A stretch of DNA of 64,000 nucleotides from Takakia lepidozioides (Eukaryota; Plantae; Bryophyta): positions 15,314,001 through 15,378,000 of the forward strand of contig CM060732.1 in NCBI GenBank assembly GCA_030704615.1, written 5' to 3'. Under the pieces are notes generated by a model, which was not told where the DNA came from, made no database searches, and saw only the letters and a program-made list of their open reading frames with translations. Made by a program: the position numbers and the translations under genes. Shown here one piece after another: positions 36,496 through 50,300 of this stretch (the first letter of the stretch is position 1; each line of letters opens with the position of its first letter).

Positions 36496-36534
36496 CCGCT
36501 CATGCTCATGCCGCTCATGAAATAGCAGCCCCCC
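36496..36534 (-). mobile_element. Terminus GCTCATG repeats + AAATAGCAGCCCCCC downstream of the methyltransferase genes
   Basis: Same terminal motif as at 14615 and 45773; inverted relative to 29325. Confidence 0.75.
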
Positions 36535-36882
36535 AACGAATGGGCTGGGCTGCTGCTCACCATCTTAAAGATATCCAATCTTAAAGCACTATACTTTGTA
36601 GCTAGAAGTAGGGTCTGCTAGCTCATTAAATGAGTGGTTAAATCCACTCCAAATATTACTAGGAAGGTGGTTTGTAGATGTTTTTCCATTTTTTGCACTG
36701 TCACAGTCATACTCACTCTTTGTGTAGTTGTAAAGTAGAATGATGACCTCTGAAACAATCACTCACAAAGTGGTTTTCTACAAGTCTGTGAGTAGTGACA
36801 GAGTTGCTGTAAGTCCTTCCTAGGGACTTAGTCTATTAATCCTAATTCTCCCCCTCATACCAAGGAATTGATCTTTAGCATC

Positions 36883-39880
36883 ATGGAGCCTGACAGAGCG
36901 GCTGCCCACCTGCTCCGGTGTCGAGAGCGTGACGATGCTCTTTGGCAACGTGAAGAGGCCCGGTGTCGAGAGTATGGTATCAACAAGTGCACATGCCCTT
37001 GCAGGAAGTGTAAGGGTGGAGGACGACCTGTCGCGTTAGACAGAGTGAGAAAACATCTAATGGAGATTGGCAGATCCTCTGCGTTCAAATCCTGGAGAGG
37101 AGCAAGGAGGCATGCTTCTGACGATGAATGGGAAGAGGAAGCCATGGAGGTCGGTCAGGACGTAGCTTCAGCAAATGGAGGGATTAATCGGGGTCGTGTT
37201 GCTGGAATCGCAGGACGGCCTCACCGGACAAACTGGACATGAATGTTGAGGTGCAACGCATGATCCAAGAGACCTTTCAGATCATAGACACACCTGAAAT
37301 TGCAAATGGGGCAGAAGTGGAGTTAGAGGATATAGATGTTCAATGTGACACGAACACCCCAGAAGAAGCCCATGACCCGGTTGCGGGTGGAGACTCTCAC
37401 ACTTATGATCCCATCTCATTGGAAGAGGCATGTCTATCTTTATATGAAGGCTGTAAATCCTCTAAGCTTACAGCCACCATGCTTATAATGAATCTATGCG
37501 CAACACATGGGGTTACAAATGGCTTTGCGGAGGAAATGTTCTCTTTGCTGCAGAAAACCTTGTTGCCACAACCAAACGTACTACCCACATCTTTCTACCA
37601 TGCAAAGACCATGGTGAGCAAGCTTGGGCTTGCTTATGAGAAGATCGATGCTTGCCCAAAGGGGTGTGTGTTGTTTAGGGGGGACTTGAAAACTTCAGAG
37701 AGTTGCCCCAAGTGTCGAAGCGCCCGATTCAAAAATGTGGGGAGATCCAAGGTACCTGTTAAGGTGCTTCGACATTTTCCATTGATATCACGCCTTTTGC
37801 GTATGTATAGATGCTCTTCTATTGCAAAATTAATGACCTGGCACAGTCGGAATGCAAGCAACGATGGCCTTGTGCGCCATGCAGCTGATTCAAAGGCTTG
37901 GAAACACATTGATGCTACTTGGCCCGACTTTGCAGCAGAGCCTCGCAATGTAAGGCTTGGTTTTTCCTTCGATGGAGTCAACCCGTTTGGTGATAAGAAC
38001 AATTGCTGGTCAACATGGCCAGTGTTGACGCTGGTATACAACCTACCTCGGTGGCTCACTGCAAAGAAGTTCTTTGTCATGCTTACTCTCTTGATTCCAG
38101 GAAAGCAGTCAGTTACAAGTGAGCACATAGATGTGTACTTAGCACCACTGATGGAGGAGTTACTTGTTTTGTGGAGGGGGGTTCGCATATGACATATGCA
38201 GACCTGTTGGTGAGAGAACCTTCATACTACGCGCCATACTACTGTGGAGCATCCACGATTTTCCTACTTATGGCCTACTTGCAAGATGTGTCACAAAAGG
38301 CTACAAAAGGGTGTCCAGTATGCGGTCCTCATGTAGATGCAAGACACTCTAAAGTTCTAGGCAAAACTGTCTATCAAGGTCACCACAGGCTCCTCCCTCA
38401 GGCCCATCCATACCGCAAGAACCACATACACTTCAATGGACAAGTGGAGATGCGTGAGAAGCCACATCCGTTCACACCGGTTGAACAAGAGGCCGCTGGT
38501 GTTGAGGCTGAAGGTTATGACCTTGACCCCCGTGCTTTTCCTGATGCTGAAGTTCATCCAGCCGAGGTTCATGGTATCAAAAGACGCAGCTGCCTATGGG
38601 ATTTACCATACTGGAAGGTACCCCCTGCACTTGTACTTGTTTGAGTTCAATGTTATTTGTAAATGGAAAAGGTAGTGCCCTTGTAGTGGTTACTTCTTAC
38701 TTTCCGAATGGTAAAGTAGCAGTGATGCATGTAATTTGGACTTCACATTAATAACTCGTGGAGTGGTAAGAGGTAGTATCCATGATGCTTAGAAAGTTGT
38801 TTAAACACTTGAGAGGCTAATAATGCACTAAATGAGTTGTTTGAACCACTGAGGAGGGACTGTCATGCATCACGGCCACTTTAGACATGGAAGTATATAG
38901 TGCTCATAAAGGAATCTGATTTGTATAGGACTGCAATCTGTCGGAATGTTCCTGAAATGGTGTCACCAATTGCAGGATTTGTTGCAACGCTACTTACTGG
39001 ATCCCATGCATTGCGAAAAGAATTTTTGTGAAAACTTGTTGAAGACGATTTTCGGACGGAAGGACACGGTGAAGGTGAGGAACGACATGGAGGTAATCGG
39101 CATCAGACGTCACTTGTGGCTTCGGCCTGATCCACAGAACCCTTCATGTATCATGAAACCAGCAGCACCGTATATTCTCACTCCCGCTGAAATCACGATA
39201 TTTCTTGATACTTTGGGGGCTATCAAAACTCCTTCGGGATTTGCAGGTACATTTCAGAAACACATACACCCGTCTAGGAAACATTTGACGAGTATGAAGT
39301 CCCATGATTATCACGTTTTAATGCAACAAATTTTACCTATGTGTATTCGTCATTGCATGGCTCCAGGCCCACGTGGGGTCATTATGCGTGTGAGTCGCAT
39401 TTTCCGCCGGATTTGTGCCAAAGTATGGGACCCTAATGAAATAGATTCATTGCGTGAGGATGTTGCTATAACCTTGTGTTTGTTAAAGAAAGGGTTCCCC
39501 CCTTCTTTATTTGATGTCATGACCCATTTGCTAGTTCATCTCGTAGATGAACTAGACACATGTGGTCCGGTGTCTTCACGGTGGATGTATCCCATGGAGC
39601 GTTACATGAAAGATCTCAAGGGATACGTTAGGAATTACGCAAAGCCAGAAGGGAGTATGGCTGCAGGGTATGTTCTTGATGAGGCCATGGGGTTTATGAG
39701 TGAGTATATGCAATCATTTGATGCAACTCAACAGCAGATTTGGGATGCAAATGCGGAGGAAGGGGTTGAGAACGAGGTCTTGGAAGGTGTCGGCAAAAAG
39801 CGGGACATGAGTGGAGCTTAGAGAGATGCATTTGTATGTGCTGAACAATACCAATGTGATGGTTCCTTGGGTGCAGTGAG
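36883..39880 (+). pseudogene. CACTA/En-Spm TnpD-like transposase (transposase-associated Zn domain, Tnp2 core, DUF4218-like region)
   Basis: CTCPCRKC, IDACPKGCVLF, DGVNPF, WSTWPV, YNLP, HDFP, LPYW|DL..LDPMH, MKSHDYH, RWMYPMER. Intron 38618-38975; frameshifts. Confidence 0.9.
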
Positions 39881-40642
39881 TTCTTCTTTTCATTGCACCT
39901 TATTCATATCAAGTTCAATTGCAATTGTGACTGTCACCAGCGTAATAAAACCACCTACAAAGTCACAAATGTCAGTGGTTCATTGTGATTATAACCACTT
40001 CTGTAGTAACTGAATGTCTAAGTGAGTGACTTTTTGGAAGAGCAACTTCATCACAGACCCCTCGGATGGAAATTCGGCACCATATTTCCATCCGGGGGAT
40101 GAAGTTTGGCACCATCGATGGCATGGGCTGCGAGCAAGACAAGGGTATCTCCTGCTGTAGCTTCAGTCTAGCCATGTGAGACGTTGGTCGCGGCCCGTAG
40201 TACAAAGGTTTCAGTTTGCGCTGCGGCCTCGATGGGGGGTTTCTGAGGAGAGCATCGCCCTTCTCCACGCGGCATAAGTCCGACTAACAGTAAAATCAAA
40301 CGCATAATGCGTTGTGGCATTCGGGGAAAGGAACTTCATCCACATGTCGCATCAGTGGATCCAGGCGCAGCCGGGAAGCTAGCATGGAATCCGTGCGGAC
40401 AATCCGGGTTCAAAAAGGAAGACGACGGAACATAAATGCGGGCCGCCGGGAATAATTGTGACAGGTTGGGAACTTGCCCAGGGCGACACCTGTCCGAGTC
40501 ATACCCCGACAAGACTTCATCCGCCTGAAAAAATGTGTCGTATTTCCGTTCGGGGTGATGAACTCTGGGACCTTTCTGACCAGGATGACATCCTCCCGGA
40601 GATCCCCAGGGCCCAAAGCCGGAGCATACAGGCTGGATTTGG

Positions 40643-42222
40643 TGTTTGTGCCCCTCAACGCGTCTTGGCTCGCCTAGGACAAGATGAGGAATTTGAAGCA
40701 AATGGATGACATTCGGGGATATGTTCAGGCTTTCAATGTGTTGTTGCTCGAAGTCACGGACATGGCAGAACCAGAAATGGTCTTCAACTTTGTGGCGGGA
40801 CTGGCCCCATGGGCCAGGCGGAAGTTGGAGGAGAAGCCACCTAAGACTTTGAACGAGGCAATTGAGAGGGTTGAATGTTTCTCGGATGTCCCTAGGGGCC
40901 AAAGACAAGGCCGTACGGAGCTGAACCACAAGAAGGCCCGGCGGGAGGGTGACTCCTTCCGACCAGAAAAGAAGTGGGATAGGCCACGCGGCGACAATGG
41001 CACGTGGAAATCAAAGGGAGGACCTTCACACGTTAAGGCGGCACCCGATGCTCCAAAAGGAAAAGCAGGTGCGACGGCTTATGGCAGACAGAAGGCGACC
41101 TTCGATGGAGTGTGCTTCAATTGCGGGGAGCCCGGGCACATGGCTAAGAAGTGCACAAAACCCCGACAATTGAACATGACTCGGGCGGCCACGGAGCTGT
41201 CCGAAGATTCAATCAACCACTTGGTGAAGGCGGTGGTTGCCAAGACTTGCAAGGTAGGCAACTACTCTTGTTCCGGAAATTATCCCATCCACGAACATTA
41301 ACTGACTGTGGACACAGGAGCATCGTACTCCTTCATGACACCAGCAACTGCACGAAAGCTGGGGCTCCCAACAAGTGACGTGGGGGCCTCTATTGAGGTG
41401 CGTTCTGCCAAAAGAGAACCACAATTGGCGACGAGGTTGGAGTTCGATATTCCTCTTCAACTAGGGAGTTGGGAGGGACGTGAGAACTTCACCATCTGCG
41501 AGATCGATGGAATGGATCTCATTTTGGGGATGACATTTTTGAGCAAATCCGGAGCGGTCATAGATGGCCGCAAGAGAGTAGTCACGCTGCCGTGTGGGAA
41601 TGGTGGCGAAGTTTTACGAGTGTCGGAAACGCCCAAACCCGTGGGAGGGCGAATAAACCTTCTATCAGCAAGGGAGTAGGCCGTGGAGGAGCCACACGAG
41701 CCCCAGTTTTTGCTTTACGTAAGACAAGTGAAGGGAGAAGGCGATAGGGAGCCGAGCCCAGATTGGATCAAGGGGATCTTGGAGAAATACCAGGATGTGA
41801 TGCCGGAGGATTTACCAAGTGGTTTGCCACCGCGAAGGGGAGTAGACCACAAGATTGAGGTGATACCGGGATCGGAGCCGCCTGCCAAGGCGCCCTACCG
41901 GTTGAGCCACAGAGAGTTGGTCGAGCTGAAGACTCAGCTCAAGGATCTAATGTCAAAGGGGTACATCCGGCCGAGTAAGTCACCTTATGGAGCCCCGGTG
42001 CTATTCGCAGACAAGAAGGATGGGACGCTGCGGATGTGTGTCGATTACAGGGCTCTGAATAAGGTGACTATAAAAAACTGGTATCCTTTGCCAAGGATCG
42101 ACGACCTTTTCGATCGGTTGGCAGGAGCGAAGTATTTCATCCGGATCGATTTGCGCTCCGGCTATCATCAAATTCGAGTGGCGGAAGGAGATGAGGAGAA
42201 GACCGCGTGCAGGACAAGGTGG
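40643..42222 (+). mobile_element. Gypsy family 1 gag/protease/RT fragment
   Basis: Near-identical to ~47928-49558; VDTGAS protease motif; stops; truncated by an inverted LTR. Confidence 0.9.
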
Positions 42223-42946
42223 TGTCACGCACCTCACTTCGGTAAGCTCCCCTTCAAGTCATAGTTACTCGTTTCGATGCGCGCGCCTAACTCCCAACCT
42301 GCCCGCCGGGCCAATTCGGAGCTTCGGCTGCTCACCGGGACATAACGGTCCCCCTTTACTCTTCCAAAAGACCCTCCACCAATTTGGGCCTAGTGGAAAT
42401 TCCCTTTGGTAGATGGCAGTCCAGAATAGCTCCCCACTCCTTGGTCGCTTTCCGGTTGCTCGCTTACTCACTAGTTTTTGGTCACCAACGGGCTTGCACC
42501 GTTCTCGGGGTTACTACTCCCTATATATACTTCTGTGACTGTCCGCGGGGGTTTCACAAACAACCCTGCCATGTTATGGCGAACCACCACGAAGACCCTC
42601 GACTCCCGGTGATGAGTCGCGGTGAGTCTTGGCCCACCCACCACGGCCCCATTGGACCGTGATGAGTCCCAAAACTCCCCACGACTCCCACCACAAGGTC
42701 TCCGCCCCATGGTGAGTCCTATGCCACCCCCACTAAGTCCCACTAAGCTACCACCACCCCTCGTGGAACCACCCCCACCGAAACCCGGTGTGCGGGGCTC
42801 CACCTAGTGAGCGCCTCCGCCTCCTTGAGTGCCTTGGGCACTCAAGGGTGCTTCAGCCCCCGCATCTATTGTTGCCACTGCCCCCACCACAGGGGCAGCC
42901 CCTCTTGTGTCCCGACCCCCTGCCCTCAAGGCAAAGGGCCACGACA
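42223..42946 (-). mobile_element. Gypsy family 1 LTR (no TSD)
   Basis: TGTCACG...CACGACA; homologous to the other LTR copies. Confidence 0.9.
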
Positions 42947-43802
42947 TAAGATTAAATGCAAAACATGAATGGGTTAGTTAGTTTTGTTATCAATGCCGCA
43001 ACTACGTGCTGTTACCCAACATGCCACCTATATGCATGAAAGGAGGTGCATAACTACTGGAATTGAAACCCCATCCAACACCTAAACCCTACGAGAGTTG
43101 CTTCTCTGTAGCAGAACGTGAACCCACTCTGAGCATTACAAATTACCCCAAACATTGTCTGTCACTTTATTCAGACCAGCAATCACTAGAGAACAACATC
43201 ATTTAGATAGTTCCACCACCATGTCTACTTCCACATCCCTGGTATCAGTTCTTGCTCTACCCTTCCACTCATCCTCCTCCATTCTACTTCATTCTCACCT
43301 CCGCAACCAGGAAAAGAAAAAGCCCCCAGCTTCGCCCGCCCGGCCTATATCCATCCCCTTCCTCGTCTCCAGCCATCCACCACCAGCCGCATCGCCTGAC
43401 AATCCTTATCACCATGTTGAAGCTCCAGTTTCCAAATAAAGCTTGTACAATAAACACCCCACTACCCTAGCCAAAAACGCCCATCCTCCCATCTACTGAG
43501 AATCCCAAACCATTGAACAGATTGGCTTGCATCAAGTTGCGAGTTGGCTATTTGTCCGCACCTCCATTACAACACCGCTTACATCAGCTACCCTACGGCT
43601 TGCAACGCACCTTCCCGACACTATAGGGATCAACAATGAATGTACCCGCCATTCATCGTTGAGGGATCGCTAACTTCATCCCTGGGCTTTAGCAGAAATT
43701 CACACACACAACGATTCACCTCAAAAATCTTACATTTGGGAATTAGCTTAAAAATGTCAAGCTTCAAACCAAAAATAAATTGAACCACAATTTCGCCCTA
43801 CA

Positions 43803-44935
43803 AAACCGAAGAGACGGCGATCTCCCTCAAAAGTGAACGAGACAAGGATGGGGAATGCACTTCGTATGAACTGTACAATCCAGAGCTCAACAGAAGTGCC
43901 CCCACCAGGCTTCAGACATGTGTATCAGATGGCCACGGCAGGCTCACCTGTCCGCAATGAGGTGTACACAATCACCATTTCAGAATTACCCACCTGCAAT
44001 TGCACCGACTTCCAGATCATGGCGAACAAGGGGGCATCATACTGCCCTTGCAAGCATCTGTATTGTACGTGTACCTAAAGAGACTCCGATGTAATTCCAC
44101 AACTCATCACTTCATACATGCACCAGGGTTGAGCCCCCAAGAGGTGTACACTCTTCTGAATGTGGATCCAGGGGACCAGTGAGCTTGGCTTGCGGGCCAC
44201 AAGACAATGTTACGTCCTTTTCAGAGTTTCAGTTATGGTAGAACTGTACTGCTGCAAGTACCTCTGACTTTGGCCACAGAAAGGTTCGACTTATGTCTTG
44301 CCTACCAGTAACCTATTTTGCTCGAACTCAGATAATACTATGCTATTAACTTCTGTTTCCACGTGCTTGTATTTTGGTTTTTTGGGGGGTTCCTGTTTTT
44401 CTGCTCTCCCAAACTTTGCTTTCCTCATTGGACCCCCGGCAAGGAAATGCGGCGCCGCATTTCCAAGTAACATCGTAGATATTGGTAGTTGCAGCCTTCG
44501 TCATAGTAAGATAGTCACACCGAGTCTTCAGGGAGCCGACTGTTGCCAACAGCGAACCCCTCAAAAATCTCGCATGTGCGAACCGTAATGCGGCACCGCA
44601 TTTCCCAGTTGAGTCGCAAACTTTTCCCACCGAATGCAGGAAGAAGAAAGAATTTTAAAGCACTGCAGTCTCTATTGTTGCATGGGGATCATACAATCGC
44701 GGCAGAAGGGTCAGCTTCATTCCAATGTTAGGGCATATAAAACCGCGGAATACTCTATACAGGCCAGTATGCGGCATCCTTTTGCTGTGGTATACTGGAT
44801 TTCTCGTTGCACGGTCAGTCATTTCCATGAGCAGATCTAAAAAACCATGAGCGGAATTGTTACTGACGACATATCTTCGCCGCATTACAGAATCTGGAAC
44901 TTCCAAAAACGGCAATGTCAAATAAAAAACTATTA
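43803..44935 (+). mobile_element. 3' end of a MULE-like copy-3-type element (SWIM fragment, downstream palindromes)
   Basis: Inverted copy of ~56230-57315; CNCTDF..CKHL; palindromes near 44443 and 44586. Confidence 0.85.
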
Positions 44936-46590
44936 TGGTCTGAGGAGTCCGTGGCTCCTGCGCATCATTGATTCCGATTTTCCCAGCTACGACGGGCACC
45001 CATGCAGAAGAATGCGCACTACTATGCTGTTGTGGTGGAACTGCTGCCAGTGGATGTGGGTGGACTCCATCGGAGAGACGTATACTCCTGAAGGAGTGCG
45101 CTCCTCTTCTCCATTGTATGGGGACATTCGCATTGGTGTGGATGACGAAAATGTGAAGCTTTCCATATTCGATGGTGGTATGATTGAAGGGCACGACATT
45201 GTGGTGAACATCAACAGGGGCGGTACAACGGCTGCAATCCAGTTTACATGGAGGAGCCCGATGAGTCATGAGCTAGTTTTCAGAGCAGTCGAAGTCCCAT
45301 TGACAACGTGACTTGTATTCAGAAGGCACAGGGCTAAAGATTTGTTTGCACAATCAGCACAGTAGACGTGCTTCAAATGCAATTCATGTGGATCAATAAA
45401 AATCCCATTGTGCCCTCTTTTTGTTCTATTCTGTATCCATCGTTCCCAGAATGCATCATTCCTCATTTCGTTTGGGATTGGGAGTGTGGGTGGATTTTGC
45501 AAATGGCTGGTAGGCTGAAATGGGTCCTCATTCTACAGAGCAGTACCACCCTACCATTCGTGAAACATTGCCTTTCAATTGGTAATTCTAAAAACATTGC
45601 CGAACCTCCTTCATCGGGAGGTCCTTCTCCCCCTATGACCGTGACACCCTCAACCCTATTCCCGCGGACACTCATTTCTGGAAAATAATCCTGCTCGTGT
45701 TTTTTTCGACACTTACAACTCTGCTCATGGCTCATGCCGCTCATGGCTCATGGCTCATGAAATAGCAGCCCCCAAATTTCCCCCCTAAAAGAACCTGCAC
45801 AGATGAATATTGGCTGTCCATGAAGGTAGGCGTTTTAGTTTCCCTCTGTGCCATGCAAACTATGGGCAGTAAGGGCCAGGTGGGCCTATAGCCACTCGAG
45901 ACGACGAAGTCCATCCCCCCTTCGATGTAAATGCGGCGCCGAATTTCCATCAGGGCGACGGTCTTTGGTGGCAGATTACAAACTATTCCCCGTGGATGAG
46001 AAAGAGGTAGCGGGTCATCCACGGCTGGCGTGATAAACACGTTACACGATGATTGGTGGGTACGTGGGACCCAGTTGCTCCATTATTGTAGCCCGCACTG
46101 CTCTTCCGCTTCTCATCATTTCAAAAATCAAAGGGCTTTGTTGCTGTCTGCAAGGTCATTGTCATCGACAACATTCAGAAGGCACATGGCTATAGATTTG
46201 TTTGCACCATCAGCACAAATAGACATGCTTCAAATGCAATTCATGTGGATCAATAAAAACCCCATTGTGCCCTCTTTTTTGTTCTATTCTGTATCCATCG
46301 TTCCCAGAATGCATCATTCCTCATTTCGTTTGGGATTGGGAGTGGGGGTGGATTTTGCAAGTGGCTGGTAGGCTGAAATGGGCCCCCATTGTACAGAGCA
46401 GTACCACCCTACCATTTGCGAAACATTGCCTTTCAATATGTAATTCTAAAAAACATTGCCGAACCTCCTTCATCGGGAGGTCCTTCTCCCCCTATGACCG
46501 TGACACCCTCAACCCTATTCCCGCGGACACATTCCGGAAAATAGTCCTGCTCATGTTTTTTACGATACTTACGACTCTGCTCATGGCTCA
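44935..46590 (+). mobile_element. Cargo ORF A 3' half, family terminus (45773), then a second internally deleted ORF A / terminus copy
   Basis: 44935-45311 matches 11141-11515; 45960-46170 matches the ORF A upstream region 11745-11945; 46175-46590 is the terminal segment. Confidence 0.75.
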
Positions 46591-47320
46591 TGTCGCGGCC
46601 AATTGCCTTGAGGGCAGGGGGTCGGGTCGCAGAGGGGCTGCCCCTGTGGTGGGGGCGGTGGCAGCAATAGGTACGGGGGGCTGAAGCAACCTTGAGTGCC
46701 CAAAGCACTCGAGGAGGCGGAGGCACTCACTAGGTGGAACCCCGCGCACCGGGTTGCGGTGGGGGTGGCTCCACAAGGGGTGGTGGTAGCTTAGTGGGAC
46801 TTAGTGGGGGTGGCATAGGACTCACCATGGGGGTGGAGACCTTGTGGTGGGAGTCGTGGGGAGTCTTGGGACTCATCACGGTCCAAGGGGACCGTGGTGG
46901 GTGGTGGGCCAAGACTCACCGCGACTCATCACCGGGAATCGAGGGTTTTCGTGGTGGTTCGCCATAAAATGGTGGTGTTGTTTGTGAAACCCCCGCGGAC
47001 AGTCACAGAAGTATATATAGGGGGAGTAGTAACCCCGAGAACGGTGCAAGCCCGTTGGTGTCCAAAAACTAGTGAGTAAGCGTGCAAGCCGGAAAGCGAC
47101 CAAGGTGTGGGGAGCTATTCCGGATTGCCATCGACCAAAGGGAATTTCCACTAGGCTCAAATTGGGAGAGGGTCTAGTGGAGGAGTAAAGGGGGACCGTT
47201 ATACCCCGGTGAACAGCCGAAGCTCCGAGTTGGCCCGATGGCCAGTTTGGGAGTTAGGCGTGCGCATCAAGCGAGTAACTATGACTTGAAGGGGAGCTTA
47301 CCGAAGTGAGGTGCATGACA
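46591..47320 (+). mobile_element. 5' LTR of Gypsy family 1
   Basis: TGTCGCG...TGACA followed by PBS TGGTATCAGAGC at 47323-47334; inserted in the GCTCATG repeats. Confidence 0.92.
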
Positions 47321-47375
47321 CTTGGTATCAGAGCTTAGAGTTTAGTACGTGATCGTCCTTGGGATCAGCCTCATC

Positions 47376-50300
47376 ATGGGGTCGGGCAAGCCAAAACGAA
47401 AGCGGAACGGCCCAAAAGATGATGATCCTGGTGAGCCCGATGGGAGTGACGTGTCACCAAAGTGGCCATTAGAGGAAGCGATGCATGCCTTTGGAAGCGA
47501 GGCCGCTCAAGGACGGGAGGAATCTGAGGAGTCGGGGCCCGAGGAATCCCTGAGAGTTCCGACAGACCAACAGATGCCTCCCATGCCAGCAGCCTTTTGG
47601 GAAGGGTTGTTGGCGCAGTTTGGTGGGACGTTGAAAGACGTGTTAAAGGCGACTAATGCCACTTCCACTAACGCAAAGTTTAAGGTGAAGCCTAAGGAAC
47701 CCAACACCTTCGAGGGCGTCCGAAATCGGAAGGCACTCAATACCTGGCTCTTGGAGCTAGAGCAGTACTTCCGGGCGGCCAAGTTGGATGACGAGGATCG
47801 GGTGGAAGTGGCTCCCACCTATTTGAGGGGCTATGCTCAACAATGGTGGCAAAAACGCCTTCACGACCGAGGTCCAAACCCGGAGACCTTGAACTTGACT
47901 GGGTTCAAGGAACACATGAAGAGACAGTTTGTGCCCCTCAATGCGTCCTGGCTCGCCCGGGACAAGATGAGGAATTTGAAGCAAACGGATGACATTCGGG
48001 GATCTGTTCAGGCTTTCAATGTGCTGTTGCTCGAAGTCGCAGACATGGCAGAACCAAAAATGGTCTTCAACTTTGTGACGGGACTGGCCCCATGGGCCAG
48101 ACGGAAGTTGGAGGAGAAGCCACATAAGACTTTGAACGAGGCAATTGAAAAGGCTGAATGTTTCTCGGATGTCCCTAGGGGCAAAAGACAAGGCCGTACG
48201 GAGCTGAACCACAAGAAGGTCCGGCGGGAAGGTGACTCCTTCCGACCGGAAAGGAAGTGGGATAGGCCATGCGGCGACACTGGCACATGGAAATCGAAGG
48301 GAGGGCCCTCACACGTCAAGACGACACCCGGTGCCCCAAAAAGGAAACCAGGTGCGGCGGCTTATGGCGGACAGAAGACGACCTTCGATGGAGTGTGCTT
48401 TAATTGCGGGGAGCCCGGGCACATGGCCAAGAAGTGTACGAATCCCCGACAATTGAACATGACTCGGGCAACCACGGAGTTATCCGAAGCCTCCATCAGC
48501 CACTTGGTGGAGGCGGTGGTCGCAAAGACTTGCAAGGTAGGCAACTACTCTTGTGAGTTGTATCAGGAAACTGGCGCCTTGCGTAAAGGGAGTCAGTTAA
48601 TGTTTGTGAGTGGGATAATCTCCGGAACTAACGTATCGTTGTTGGTGGACACAGGAGCGTCGCACTCCTTCATGACACCGACAACGGCACGGAAGCTAGG
48701 ACTCCCAACAAGTGATGTGAGGGCCTCGATTGAGGTGCGTTCTGCTAAAGGAGAACCACAATTGGCGACGAGGTTGGCGTTCGATGTTCCTCTTCAGTTC
48801 GGGAGTTGGGAGGGACGTGAGAACTTCACCATTTGCGAGATCGATGGAGTGGATCTCATTTTGGGGATGACATTTTTGAGCAGATCCGGAGCGGTCATAG
48901 ATGGCCGCAAAAGAGTAGTCACGCTACCGTGTGGGAATGGTGGCGAAGTTTTACGAGTGTCGGAAACGCCCAAACCCGTGGGAGGGCGAATAAACCTTCT
49001 ATCAACAAGGGAGTGGGCCGTGGAGGAGCCACACGAGCCCCAGTTTTTGCTTTACGTAAGACAAGTGAAGGAAAAAGGCGATGGGGAGCCGAGCCCAGAT
49101 TGGATCAAGGGGATTTTGGACAAATATCAGGATGTGATGCCGGAGGATTTACCAAGCGGCTTGCCACCGCGAAGAGGAGTTGACCACAAGATTGAGGTGA
49201 TACCGGGATCGGAGCCGCCTGCCAAGGCGCCCTACCGGTTGAGCCACAGAGAGTTGGTCGAGCTGAAGACTCAGCTCAAGGATCTAATGTCAAAGGGGTA
49301 CATCCGGCCGAGTAAGTCACCTTACGGAGCCCCGGTGCTATTCGCAGACAAGAAGGATGGGACGCTACGGATGTGTGTCGATTACAGGGCTCTGAATAAG
49401 GTGACTATCAGAAACCGATACCCTTTGCCAAGGATCGATGACCTCTTCGATCGGTTGGCAAGAGCGAAGTATTTCAGCCGGATCGATTTGCGCTCCGGAT
49501 ATCATCAAATTCGAGTGGCGGAAGGAGATGAGGAGAAGACCGCTTGCAGGACAAGGTATGGTTCCTATGAGTTCTTGGTGATGCCCTTTGGGCTCACCAA
49601 TGCACCCGCAACCTTTAGCACGCTAATGAACAGCCTTTTCCAGGAGTGGTGGGACGACTTTGTGATCGTGTACATCGACGACATCTTGGTGTACTCGAAA
49701 ACAAAGGAAGAGCACCTAGAGCACCTCAAAAGGGTGTTCCAGAAATTACGGGAAGGGAAGCTGTATGCCAAAACTTCAAAGTGCGAATTCGGGGTCACAA
49801 AAGTGGAGTTCTTGGGGCATGTGATTACACAGGATGGGATCAAAATGGATGACAGAAAAGTGAGAGCAATCTTGGCTTGGGAGCCTCCGACTTCGATCCC
49901 AGGAGTGCGATCCTTCTTAGGACTCGCCTCCTAAGTATGTGAGAAATTTTGCCAAGATCGCGGGGCCGCTGTCAGACCTCCTGTGTAAATCCAAAGTCTG
50001 GGTATGGAACACCTTTGGTGGCCAAGCTTTTGCCGAGTTGAAGCAGCGGATGGCGGAAGCTCCAGTCCTGAAAATCCCGGAGTTCGACCGCCCATTTGAG
50101 ATTCATACGGATGCGTCGGACTTCGCGATTGGAGGTGTACTCATGCAGGAGGGATGTCCAGTGGCTTACGAAAGTAAGAAACTGAATGAAGTGGAGCGGC
50201 GGTGGCCAACGCACGAGAAATAAATGAAGGCGGTGGTGCATTGCCTTGAGCTTTGGCGCCACTATATTGGCTCCAACCCGGTGAAGGTATTCACGGACAA

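Noticed and set aside
29325-36534. Single intact element with matching TIRs
   Set aside because: The ends are inverted copies, but the flanks (cctgtact / aacgaatg) show no TSD and a 500-N gap intervenes; kept only as a hypothesis.
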